64,000 nucleotides of DNA from the IMG/VR virus record IMGVR_UViG_3300037339_000380, positions 2,844 through 66,843 of that record; one strand, given 5' to 3'. This document shows positions 1-9,063 of the stretch, piece by piece (position 1 is the first letter of the stretch; every line of letters begins with the position of its first letter). The translations under genes were made by a program, and so were the position numbers. A model generated the notes under the pieces. The model did no database searches. It was not told where the DNA came from and worked only from the letters and a program-made list of their open reading frames with translations. The stretch is from a virus.

Positions 1-2
1 CC

Positions 3-86
3 ATCAAATCACACGTTAAGTTCCGCGTCAGTAAGGACGCTAAATTCCTTGGTAAGCTCAAAGTAACCGAGGATGGGATCGAGTAA
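3..86 (+). CDS. 3' end of an upstream ORF, truncated by the window edge (...IKSHVKFRVSKDAKFLGKLKVTEDGIE*)
   Basis: Open frame from the window start to TAA at 84-86, overlapping the folE start as other genes in this operon do. Confidence 0.5.
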   Translation: MKSHVKFRVSKDAKFLGKLKVTEDGIE

Positions 87-624
87 GGATTTAATAACTC
101 AGATCCTATATGACTTAGGAGAGGCTCCTACCCGAGAGGGTTTGAAAGGAACTCCCTGCCGTGTCGTTAAATCATGGAGTGAAATATATGCCGGGTACAC
201 AATGGATGTACCTGGCATGTTCACTACATTTGTTGATACAAACGGTTACAGCCAAGTAGTGATATGTAAAAACATTGAACTATTTTCAATGTGTGAGCAT
301 CATATGTTACCCTTCTTTGGTAAAGTACACGTAGCTTATCTGCCGGACAAAAGAGTTATTGGTTTATCCAAACTTGCACGTTTGGTAGAAGCGTTTTCAA
401 GAAGGTTACAAATACAAGAAAGGATTGGTGAACAAGTTACTGATGCTCTTATGGATTATCTACAACCAAAGGGTGCTGCCTGTATCATTAAAGCTACTCA
501 TATGTGCATGCGTATGAGAGGAGTCAATAAACAAAAGTCAACTATGATTACGTCATCCCTAAAAGGTACGTTCTTAGAAGATGAGATAGTGAGAATGGAA
601 CTTCTTCAACTTCTAAAAATATGA
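73..624 (+). CDS. folE: GTP cyclohydrolase I
   Basis: REGL..TP.RV, FSMCEHHMLPFFG, GLSKLARLVE.FSRRLQIQER and H.CM.MRGV motifs. Confidence 0.97.
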   Translation: MGSSKDLITQILYDLGEAPTREGLKGTPCRVVKSWSEIYAGYTMDVPGMFTTFVDTNGYSQVVICKNIELFSMCEHHMLPFFGKVHVAYLPDKRVIGLSKLARLVEAFSRRLQIQERIGEQVTDALMDYLQPKGAACIIKATHMCMRMRGVNKQKSTMITSSLKGTFLEDEIVRMELLQLLKI

Positions 625-1643
625 TAAACTCACTTACTTATTTGACAAGAAGGTGTCCAAGGAACTGCGAATACTGTTCCTTACGTAATGCCGTAGGAGT
701 AGGAGAAGAATTGACTTGGAAGGAATGGAGAGAAGCGTTTAGGATCTTGCATGAACTGGGTGTAGGCTTTAATCTCATCTTAGGTAATGAAACCTGGATA
801 TTGGGGGGAGCCCTTATAGATATAATGAAAGAAAATAAAGTTCCCTATGCTCTCTATACCACCTGTCCAGAACCCTTGTTTAGTATTCACAGAAGATCTT
901 TCTTTGATTCAGGTATAGATAATTTGTCCTGCGGAGTGGATTACCCACCTCTTCCAGAGGCAGTACAGGATGATTCATATGAAAAGTCAATGTCTGCTTT
1001 GAAAGGACTTGCCTGGGTAAAAAGGGAATACCCACACGTTGACACACAAGGTACGATAACTGTTCATAAAAAGAACATTAAATACCTACCTGAACTCGTA
1101 CACAAGTTATCAGTGATGGGTGTCTTTGTTGGGATTAACTTCATACATTGGAACGTGGACGGTGGGTATGATTTCTTCCCAAAACCTGAGGAAATTCATG
1201 ATTTACTATTTACCGGAAGGGATGAACACCAAGTAAGGTATTATCTAAATGAAGTAATGGATGATGAAGAACACTTGGTACAAAATCCAGAGTTTCTCAG
1301 TCAAGATGTAAAAATGTTAATCAATATGGGTTGGCATTGCAAAGGTAATCCCTATGGTGGACCTACTGTTGATTCCGATGGTCATCTGCGTTGTTGTGGT
1401 TACAGAAGAGGCAGGTATTCTCCAAAAATTACAATATTTGATTTAGCCAATAAAGATTGTAATTGTGATTGGAAAGAGGCAGTGTATCAGGATGCAATGG
1501 AATGTCCTGGTTGTGCTTGGTCATATCCCTGGATGTATCATTTTTGGGAAGAGACCAATCCTAGCATGGGTGAAAAAGTATTTGTTAAGCATGCTGGAGA
1601 ACATATTCCGAAAGATAAATGGAGTAAAAGAAAAATTGAATGA
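621..1643 (+). CDS. Radical SAM enzyme with C-terminal SPASM/twitch-like Cys cluster
   Basis: CPRNCEYC (CxxxCxxC), LGNE, and C-terminal C..G...PTVDSDGHLRCC...CPGC. Confidence 0.85.
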   Translation: MINSLTYLTRRCPRNCEYCSLRNAVGVGEELTWKEWREAFRILHELGVGFNLILGNETWILGGALIDIMKENKVPYALYTTCPEPLFSIHRRSFFDSGIDNLSCGVDYPPLPEAVQDDSYEKSMSALKGLAWVKREYPHVDTQGTITVHKKNIKYLPELVHKLSVMGVFVGINFIHWNVDGGYDFFPKPEEIHDLLFTGRDEHQVRYYLNEVMDDEEHLVQNPEFLSQDVKMLINMGWHCKGNPYGGPTVDSDGHLRCCGYRRGRYSPKITIFDLANKDCNCDWKEAVYQDAMECPGCAWSYPWMYHFWEETNPSMGEKVFVKHAGEHIPKDKWSKRKIE

Positions 1644-2314
1644 AAAGTTTTAATGAAGAAACAATCAAATTATTCAACAAAACCATCTTAGAAGATGAGT
1701 TTAATGATAAGTATCAAAACGATGACATCTATGATGGATTCGTTAGTGGTGGAAAGGAAATGATACGTTTGCTAAACACCGATGATCTCATGAGAGAATT
1801 GGATTCAGATGACATACCAAGACATGTATTGAACGTTGGTGCAGGTCAAGCAGATCTACGAGTTATTTTTCCTCCTAACACTAAAATCTTTGACTTAGAA
1901 CCCTGCCCACAACGTAAAACAGTTGATACTATTGAAGGCTGGAGTGAAAACATTGAAGGTAATTCTTTTGATGTTGTTGTTTGTTGGGGAGTGCTTTGCT
2001 TTGTAAGAAGTTTACCAGAAACATTGATTGAATTTAATCATATACTCTATAAAGGAGGTAATTTGATTACTGATGTTGTGGAATATTCCACGATGCCTCT
2101 GCCTCAAACGGTAAACCCAGACAACTTTGTTCGATGGATCAACTTGTTTGGATTTGAGTTAGAGGAAAGAATTAAATTTGGGAATCCTTATCATAAAAGA
2201 GTTGGTTACAGGTTTACCAAATTTGAAGAATTTAATCACAAAAGATTCCTTATGCCACAGTGCGAAGGAAAAATCAATAACTTTTTACCAGAGAGGGACT
2301 GGTTCTTAAAATAA
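1640..2314 (+). CDS. Class I SAM-dependent methyltransferase
   Basis: VLNVGAG motif I and FDVVVCWGVLCFV...L.EFNHILYKGG. Confidence 0.85.
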   Translation: MKSFNEETIKLFNKTILEDEFNDKYQNDDIYDGFVSGGKEMIRLLNTDDLMRELDSDDIPRHVLNVGAGQADLRVIFPPNTKIFDLEPCPQRKTVDTIEGWSENIEGNSFDVVVCWGVLCFVRSLPETLIEFNHILYKGGNLITDVVEYSTMPLPQTVNPDNFVRWINLFGFELEERIKFGNPYHKRVGYRFTKFEEFNHKRFLMPQCEGKINNFLPERDWFLK

Positions 2315-2315
2315 T

Positions 2316-2861
2316 ATGGGAAAACATTACGATTTGATTCTCCTTTTTAGTGGAGGGTTTGACAGTACTCTGTTACTGAAAATAGCATTGAGACATGGAC
2401 TGGTTCCATATTGCGTTATGTTTGACTATGGTCAGAAACACGTAGTAGAATTGGAATATGCAAAAAAGATCTGTAAGGATAATGATGTTGACTGGGTTGT
2501 GGTTTACTTAGCAGTACCATTTCAATCTAACCTAATGGATGTCAAGAAAACTTATGAAGGAGTTAATGTACATCACGTACCTTCTAGAAATCTTATGTTT
2601 GTATCAATTGCGGCAGGCATAGCAGAGAGTATGGAAGTACCTCTTATATGGTATGGTGCTAATTATGAGGACAGAGAGAAACTGTTCCCTGACTGTTACC
2701 AAGAATGGGTGTACAAAGTTAATGAACTATTGTCTATCAATGGTAGTATGATTGTAAAAGTTGAGGCTCCTTTGCTTGGGATGTCCAAAGAACTGATTAA
2801 AATTCAAGCAGAAGTATTAGGTATTAAAAATGAACAAATATTTACTGGTTATGGAGAGTGA
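2316..2861 (+). CDS. queC: 7-cyano-7-deazaguanine synthase QueC-like, lacking the C-terminal Zn site
   Basis: SGGFDS PP-loop, FDYGQKH..EL, VPSRNLMF, FPDC and APLL.MSK motifs. Confidence 0.88.
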   Translation: MGKHYDLILLFSGGFDSTLLLKIALRHGLVPYCVMFDYGQKHVVELEYAKKICKDNDVDWVVVYLAVPFQSNLMDVKKTYEGVNVHHVPSRNLMFVSIAAGIAESMEVPLIWYGANYEDREKLFPDCYQEWVYKVNELLSINGSMIVKVEAPLLGMSKELIKIQAEVLGIKNEQIFTGYGE

Positions 2862-3228
2862 TAAAGTTTTTACGAAATTAGTGGACAAGCATTATAGTCC
2901 ACTTCTGATCAGGAAGTACACTCATTGGGGCTTCCCGATCTACGTTGGTTTGATTACCGATGATAACTTGGAAAACCTTGACACATTTATTCAAGGCTTT
3001 ATGAAAGATTATGCTAAGGATGGTTGGGTAAATAACCTTCAAACCCTTCGTAATTTAGCAGGAAGATTAACTGAAGAACTAAATGATTACTATCCCAAAG
3101 CAGAAGGTGTAGCAGTTGTTTTCTACGTTGACAAATGTTTCATCTCCTCTTTACATGGGGACTTTATGAATCATGCTTCATGTCGTATTGAATTCTATGG
3201 ACTGTTACAAATGTCTACAGGTGTATGA
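2830..3228 (+). CDS. Hypothetical protein, possibly a degenerate QueD-like T-fold
   Basis: Coupled within the cluster; TLRNLAGRLTEELNDYYP..VAVV weakly resembles the QueD C-terminal helix and strand. Confidence 0.5.
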   Translation: MNKYLLVMESDKVFTKLVDKHYSPLLIRKYTHWGFPIYVGLITDDNLENLDTFIQGFMKDYAKDGWVNNLQTLRNLAGRLTEELNDYYPKAEGVAVVFYVDKCFISSLHGDFMNHASCRIEFYGLLQMSTGV

Positions 3229-3695
3229 AATATGTAATCATAGCACCACACGCCGATGATGAGATTATCGGTTGTTATGAATTGTTAGCTACAGGTTTGG
3301 TAAGAACTGTTCTTTTCCCTGACGAATCAACATTAAAAGAAGCAGAGAAATCAAGTGAGCATTTTTCATTCGGTAAAGGTCTTATTGAAGATGAGGACTA
3401 TTACCGATCACTTGATATAACATACCTGTTTCCAGACCCATACTTTGAGGCACACCCAAAACACAGGGAAATAGGTTCACTTGGGGAGAGCCTTCTAAGG
3501 CAGCACAGGCAAGTTGTTTTTTATAGTACTACTATGTCCGCTCCTTATATTCATGAGGTGACACAGCCCGCAATCAAACGTCAATGCCTAAACAAGTTGT
3601 ATCCTACTAAAAAGGACCTGTGGGCATACGAACATAAATTTTTCCTTTTTGAAGGATATAATAAATGGATATTGAAATGGGACGACTTATTTTAG
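3225..3695 (+). CDS. PIG-L/LmbE family deacetylase
   Basis: IIAPHADDEIIGC and HPKH metal-binding motifs. Confidence 0.85.
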   Translation: MKYVIIAPHADDEIIGCYELLATGLVRTVLFPDESTLKEAEKSSEHFSFGKGLIEDEDYYRSLDITYLFPDPYFEAHPKHREIGSLGESLLRQHRQVVFYSTTMSAPYIHEVTQPAIKRQCLNKLYPTKKDLWAYEHKFFLFEGYNKWILKWDDLF

Positions 3696-4615
3696 TGCCA
3701 CAGTACCCCACCAGATTGAGATATCAGGAATGGTGGTTTTCAGAATTCCCTAACAATTTTATCAATTACTTTGACGAAGTGATTAGTTTAGGAACATATT
3801 CTAAAAGTGGGTACCTTACAACAATGGATAGTAGTAAATTTGCACCTATAAACGAAGCCTTAGAATTTGAACTATATCAAATAAGTTCTTTGAGTACTTT
3901 CAATTTTAAAGATGATGATGTTCTTTTACTCAATGATTTAAGTTATCCTGGGTTGTTCACACAAGCACTGTTTCATAACAGACCAAAGAAATGTTTTGCC
4001 ATCTGTCATGCTACAAGTAGAAACGCATATGATTATTTTGCCAAAGACAGGCAATTAAAATATCCTATTGAAAAAACTACTGCTAAATTGTTCAAACATA
4101 TCTTTGTAGGATCAAACTATCATGCTAACAAGTTAGGATGGAAAAATATTATTGTTACAGGACTCCCAAAACCTCCGTTTTCCTCCAGCGTGCATAAACA
4201 AGAAAAGAGATTCCCAATCATAAGTGTAGCAAGAGATACAATGCAGAAAAGAACGAAAGAAATAGAGGAGGAGGTAAAACGAGCATTTCATTGTAAAATA
4301 TTCAATCCTAAACCTACTGACTGGGCTTCCTATTATGATGCCCTGTCATACTCTAAAGTATTATTGATTACTGCAAAGGAGGAAACATACGGTTATCAAA
4401 TTGTTGACGCTATAATGAATGACTGTATCCCTGTTGCCCCAAATCATTTTAGTTATCCCGAGTTGATTCCCAAAAATTATTTGTATAATAGTATAAACGA
4501 ATTAATTGCCATTTTGATTAAGGCTCTTGGTGGGGAATTACCAGTACCACAATTACTGACAGAAAAACGTTCTCTAACATTCTATGAAGATTTAGCAAAG
4601 TATATGCAACAATGA
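3665..4615 (+). CDS. GT-B (GT4-like) glycosyltransferase
   Basis: C-terminal SKVLLITAKEETYGYQIVDAIMNDCIPVAPNHFSYPELI matches the E-x7-E/D donor-binding region. Confidence 0.85.
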   Translation: MDIEMGRLILVPQYPTRLRYQEWWFSEFPNNFINYFDEVISLGTYSKSGYLTTMDSSKFAPINEALEFELYQISSLSTFNFKDDDVLLLNDLSYPGLFTQALFHNRPKKCFAICHATSRNAYDYFAKDRQLKYPIEKTTAKLFKHIFVGSNYHANKLGWKNIIVTGLPKPPFSSSVHKQEKRFPIISVARDTMQKRTKEIEEEVKRAFHCKIFNPKPTDWASYYDALSYSKVLLITAKEETYGYQIVDAIMNDCIPVAPNHFSYPELIPKNYLYNSINELIAILIKALGGELPVPQLLTEKRSLTFYEDLAKYMQQ

Positions 4616-5709
4616 AAAAACCAACTGTAATCTTAGACTCTGGTGCCTACACAGCATTCAGAAAAGGAAAAACTATTGACATAGATGAATATGCCGAATT
4701 CATAAAAAAGCATGGTCATCTATTTGCAGGTTGTTTCAATTTGGATTCTATTGGCTCAGGTATGAAAGAAAGTAGGGATAAGTCCAAAGATAAGGATGTA
4801 GTTACTACTGCAAAACAAAGTTTTCTTAATTGGATGTACCTCCGAAAGCAAGGGATTGACACAATTCCTATCTATCATATGGGAACAAACCAAGTGTGGT
4901 TACGCAAATATCTTGAACGGACTGACTATGTAGGTATAGGGGCAATAGCAAACCTAAACACCTCACAACGTTTGATGGGACTGTCTGCTCTATGGAAAAA
5001 ATACTTTGTTGACAAAAATGGAAACCCGATAGTAAAAGTTCATGGATTAGGATTAACGGCAATACCAATGATGGTACGCTATCCCTGGTACTCCGTTGAC
5101 AGTTTTACTCCTGTAATATCAGCCGTGTGGGGAAGCATCCTTTTACCTAAATTGAACAGTGAAGGAATCCCTTCCTACTTCAATATGTCCATTAATAAGG
5201 TATCAGACCAGGGGGATCATAAGGATAATATGGAAAACAGTTATCTAAATGTTCCTGTACGAAATAAAAAGTTCTATGAAAAAATGTTTACTGAACATGG
5301 GTTTGAACTTGGTCAGATAACAGGTCAGGAAAAGCATGATAGAAGAGGTAAGAAAGGAGAACAAGCAAGGAAACCTCCAAAACTTCCTGGATTTAATTTA
5401 GTAAATCCTTCCGATCCAAACATAAAAACATTGGCAAACAGTTGGGAAATAAGGATGAAATGGAATCTTATCATGTGGAATCATTTGAAAGAAAGGATGC
5501 CTATTTATCCAAGACCGTTTGTTGATGAGGATGATTACTGGAAAGAAGAAATAACTGGCAAAATAAACTGGTGGATGAATATGGGAGTGTCAACAATAAC
5601 GCACTTGGACATATTCAAATCTGTAAAACCTGCTCATGATATATTAATCAGCTATGCATACATGACAGATGGTATTTATAACAAAATATTTAAAGAGTAT
5701 ATGAAATGA
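4612..5709 (+). CDS. dpdA: Phage DpdA / tRNA-guanine transglycosylase-like DNA deazaguanine insertase
   Basis: ILDSGAY, NLD.IG, IPIYH.G, YVGIG, VHGLG and PWYSVDS motifs; co-located with folE and queC. Confidence 0.8.
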   Translation: MKKPTVILDSGAYTAFRKGKTIDIDEYAEFIKKHGHLFAGCFNLDSIGSGMKESRDKSKDKDVVTTAKQSFLNWMYLRKQGIDTIPIYHMGTNQVWLRKYLERTDYVGIGAIANLNTSQRLMGLSALWKKYFVDKNGNPIVKVHGLGLTAIPMMVRYPWYSVDSFTPVISAVWGSILLPKLNSEGIPSYFNMSINKVSDQGDHKDNMENSYLNVPVRNKKFYEKMFTEHGFELGQITGQEKHDRRGKKGEQARKPPKLPGFNLVNPSDPNIKTLANSWEIRMKWNLIMWNHLKERMPIYPRPFVDEDDYWKEEITGKINWWMNMGVSTITHLDIFKSVKPAHDILISYAYMTDGIYNKIFKEYMK

Positions 5710-6119
5710 GATCATACCTGTCTGCAGGATTAATTGTCCTACAGGGATATAAAATATTGTTGGTGCATCCTAGGAACGCTTCCTGGTGGGGAACATATTC
5801 TATACCTAAAGGGATTGTTGAACCTGGGGAATCTCCTTGGGATACTGCAATACGGGAAACAGAAGAGGAAACAGGTGTAAGAATTGATAAACGTGATACG
5901 TTTTGTGCAGGACAAATTTGGTATCCAAACAGTAAGAAATCCGTTCTATACTTTTTGGCATATCCAAAAGAACATATTGAATTAAGATTTAAACCAAATG
6001 ATGAAGTCGATTGGGCAGGGTTTGTGTCAAAAGCAGACGCTCTGCCTAGAATATTTCCTCCCCTTAAGGAGGTACTTTTATATGTTAAAGAAATGAAAAG
6101 AACAAGAAAACCAAAATGA
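5706..6119 (+). CDS. Nudix hydrolase
   Basis: Nudix box PKGIVEPGESPWDTAIRETEEETG. Confidence 0.93.
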   Translation: MRSYLSAGLIVLQGYKILLVHPRNASWWGTYSIPKGIVEPGESPWDTAIRETEEETGVRIDKRDTFCAGQIWYPNSKKSVLYFLAYPKEHIELRFKPNDEVDWAGFVSKADALPRIFPPLKEVLLYVKEMKRTRKPK

Positions 6120-6784
6120 AAAGGACAATTCTTCCAATTACTCCATTATTTGACATTCCCAAGTCAGAGAGAATTACTAATCAGGGAACAACTACATTAA
6201 AGAAAGATGTAGAAAGAATACTCCTTCCAGAATTAAAAAAGTTTGGATATGAGGGTAAGTTAATCAATTATAAGGAAGTAGAAAAAGTAAGAACAAAAAA
6301 CGTTTATTATGAAGAGGGTAAGGGCAAACCAAGTATTCCTCCCAAGGATTTATTCTTACATGAAACTTCAGGGTTCTTTCTAATGGTACAGGAACGGGGT
6401 AGAAAATCCCCCATACTATTGATGAAACCCTTTGTAAGACCTACTATTGATGATGTTACTGATATTCCAAGACTTAACTTGGAAACTGAAACAGTTCGAG
6501 GTATGATGACTTATGCAGTACCTGAAGCAAGAATAAAAGCCATATTGCATAGTGTATCAATCTTAAACCTGCATTTCATAATAATGACTGAAACAAAACA
6601 ATTTTGGATAGGTAGATTTGCTGATATTCCTGAGAACCTTTATTTTCTAACTTGGAGACATCAGAAAGGAGTATTGGATAGGTTGGCTGTAAAATCCAAA
6701 GCACATGAAACAGGACAATTTCATAGTACTAAATCAAGGTTAGCAAATGATTTGAAACTTTATATGTATCCTAAAAAATCATAA
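6116..6784 (+). CDS. Hypothetical protein (222 aa)
   Basis: ATGA-coupled ORF in the operon; no motif recognised. Confidence 0.7.
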   Translation: MKRTILPITPLFDIPKSERITNQGTTTLKKDVERILLPELKKFGYEGKLINYKEVEKVRTKNVYYEEGKGKPSIPPKDLFLHETSGFFLMVQERGRKSPILLMKPFVRPTIDDVTDIPRLNLETETVRGMMTYAVPEARIKAILHSVSILNLHFIIMTETKQFWIGRFADIPENLYFLTWRHQKGVLDRLAVKSKAHETGQFHSTKSRLANDLKLYMYPKKS

Positions 6785-6786
6785 AT

Positions 6787-7815
6787 ATGATAGTAAACAA
6801 AGATCAATTACAAAAGGCTTTGGAAATTGTAAAGCCAGGACTTGCCAACAAAGAACAGATTGAGCAGTCAACTTCCTTTGCCTTCATAAAGGGCAGGGTC
6901 ATTACTTACAATGACGAGATAAGTATTTCCCATCCCGTAAAAGGATTAAATCTTGAAGGGGCTATATTGGCTGAGAACCTGTACAAGTTCTTAACCAAGA
7001 TAAAAAAGGAAGAGATAGAACTTGAACTTGTGGATAACGAAATTGTACTTACCTCAGAAAAAGCTAAGGCAGGTCTTCTGTTACAAACAGAAATTAAACT
7101 TCCATTGAAGGAAGAGATAGCAGAGAAAAGCCAATGGCATCCCCTACCAGAAAACTTTGTACATGATGTTGCTTTTTCTATGACTGTTTGTACTAAAGAC
7201 ATGAGTCGTCCAGTTTTAACCTGTGTTCATGTAACTAAAGCAGGTTATATTGAAGCAAGTGACAGTTACAGAATTGTCCGTTGTGATTTAGGTTCCCCTA
7301 TGCCAGTAAACACTTTTTTATTACCCTCTATATCCGCAGTAGAAGTGGTTAAGATAAAACCTATTGAAGTAGCAAGTGGAAGAGGATGGGTTCATTTTAA
7401 AAATGAAGAGAAAACGATTATGTCATGTCGTATATTTGAAGATAAATATCCTCCTACAACAGGCTTCTATACCGAAGAAGGAGTTAGAGTTATCCTTCCC
7501 AAAACAACAGAAGAAATTTTGGGAAGGGCTCAAGTCTTTTCAAAGAGAGATCATTTATTGGATGAAGAGATATCCATTACAATCGAGAACAAGACATTTT
7601 TAATGGAATCCCGTTCTGATACAGGTTGGTTCAAAGAAAATGTTCCAATAAAGTATGATGGGGATCTAATCAGATTTGAAATAACTCCTTACCTGTTAAA
7701 AGGAATACTATCTGAAACACGTGAATTTAAATACGCAAAAGATAAACTGACTTTCCGAGGGGAAAGATGGTTTTATGCTTCTATGTTGAGACAAACCAAG
7801 TCAAAGAAACAATAA
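6787..7815 (+). CDS. dnaN: DNA polymerase III beta-like sliding clamp
   Basis: ~340 aa; SRPVLTCVHV, ASDSYRIV and SCRIFEDKYP correspond to the beta-clamp RpiLtGv, ATDghRL and srlieg.yP motifs. Confidence 0.8.
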   Translation: MIVNKDQLQKALEIVKPGLANKEQIEQSTSFAFIKGRVITYNDEISISHPVKGLNLEGAILAENLYKFLTKIKKEEIELELVDNEIVLTSEKAKAGLLLQTEIKLPLKEEIAEKSQWHPLPENFVHDVAFSMTVCTKDMSRPVLTCVHVTKAGYIEASDSYRIVRCDLGSPMPVNTFLLPSISAVEVVKIKPIEVASGRGWVHFKNEEKTIMSCRIFEDKYPPTTGFYTEEGVRVILPKTTEEILGRAQVFSKRDHLLDEEISITIENKTFLMESRSDTGWFKENVPIKYDGDLIRFEITPYLLKGILSETREFKYAKDKLTFRGERWFYASMLRQTKSKKQ

Positions 7816-9062
7816 TGGAAGGCTTCTTTACAAAAAAGGAAACAGAATCAAAATCCCGACCACAGGGTAAAAGAATATCCTGCGTATCTTGTGGGTTATA
7901 TGGGAATTGTCAATCCCCACGAATGGCTCCATATGGTAACTTTAAAAGAAAGATATTAAATATTGGAGAGGCTCCTGGAGAAGTGGATGATAAATATGGT
8001 AAGCCCTTCCAAGGTAAGGCTGGAAAGATGTTGCAAAGAATGTACGATGATTTGGACATTGATTTATTTGAGGATTGTGTCAATATTAATGCAGTAAATT
8101 GTCGTCCGACAGATGCCCAAGGTCACAACAGAGCCCCTTCTAACGCAGAGGTCGATTGCTGCCGAAGACGGGTACTTCAAACAATAGAGGAGTACAAGCC
8201 CAAGTTAATAATGGTACTCGGTTCTTCTGCCCTGTACAGTCTGATTGGGCACAGGTGGCGTAAGGATCTAAGTGGGATAAGTAAATGGCGTGGATTTCAG
8301 ATACCTGACCAGGATTTTAAAACTTGGATTTGCCCTACATTTAGTCCAAATTACATAGAAAAAGCAATAAATAACCCAATGTTCCAAAACAAAGGAGGTG
8401 TTATTGAAGAACTGTTTTGGAAACAAGATTTAGATTATGCTTTTAATTTGATAAAAAATAATGTTCCTGTAACCAAATACGTTGAACCTGAGATAGAGAT
8501 TATTGAAGACCTGTCTGTATTGAGTAAAATAAATTATGAAAGTGCGTTTGACTATGAAACAACAGGTTTAAAACCACACGCTGAAGGACACAGAATAGTT
8601 TGTATATCAATTGCTGACACAGAAAATCATGCTTATGCCTTTCTTTTACCTAAAACGAAAAACAAAAGACAACCCTTCATAGATTACCTAACTAACCCTG
8701 GATTACGAAAAGTAGCACAAAACCTTAAGTATGAACACACCTGGTCTAAAGTAAGATTGGGTGTGGATGTACAAGGTTGGGAATGGGATACTATGATAGC
8801 CACTCATGTAATGGACAACAGACCTGGAATAACAGGGTTAAAGTTTCAAGTATATGTACAATTTGGTATTGTTGATTATACCAGTGACGTAGACTCCTAT
8901 TTAGGTTCATCAGATGCAGAAGGGGCCAACACAAAAAACAGGATCCTTGAGTTGTTAGACAAACCTGGGGGTAAAGAAGCTTTATGTAAATACTGTGGGC
9001 TTGACAGTATTTATGAATTACGATTAGCAAACTTACAAAGAATGAATTTATTACCATTTTAA
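7815..9062 (+). CDS. Family 4 uracil-DNA glycosylase-like domain fused to a PolA 3'-5' exonuclease (N-terminal half of a split DNA polymerase)
   Basis: CxxC, IGEAPG, GKPFQGKAG and NAVNCRP (UDG4); AFDYETTGL, AQNLKYE, DTMIA and YCGLD (Exo I-III). Start moved to ATG 7815, which overlaps the clamp stop. Confidence 0.88.
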   Translation: MEGFFTKKETESKSRPQGKRISCVSCGLYGNCQSPRMAPYGNFKRKILNIGEAPGEVDDKYGKPFQGKAGKMLQRMYDDLDIDLFEDCVNINAVNCRPTDAQGHNRAPSNAEVDCCRRRVLQTIEEYKPKLIMVLGSSALYSLIGHRWRKDLSGISKWRGFQIPDQDFKTWICPTFSPNYIEKAINNPMFQNKGGVIEELFWKQDLDYAFNLIKNNVPVTKYVEPEIEIIEDLSVLSKINYESAFDYETTGLKPHAEGHRIVCISIADTENHAYAFLLPKTKNKRQPFIDYLTNPGLRKVAQNLKYEHTWSKVRLGVDVQGWEWDTMIATHVMDNRPGITGLKFQVYVQFGIVDYTSDVDSYLGSSDAEGANTKNRILELLDKPGGKEALCKYCGLDSIYELRLANLQRMNLLPF

Positions 9063-9063
9063 T

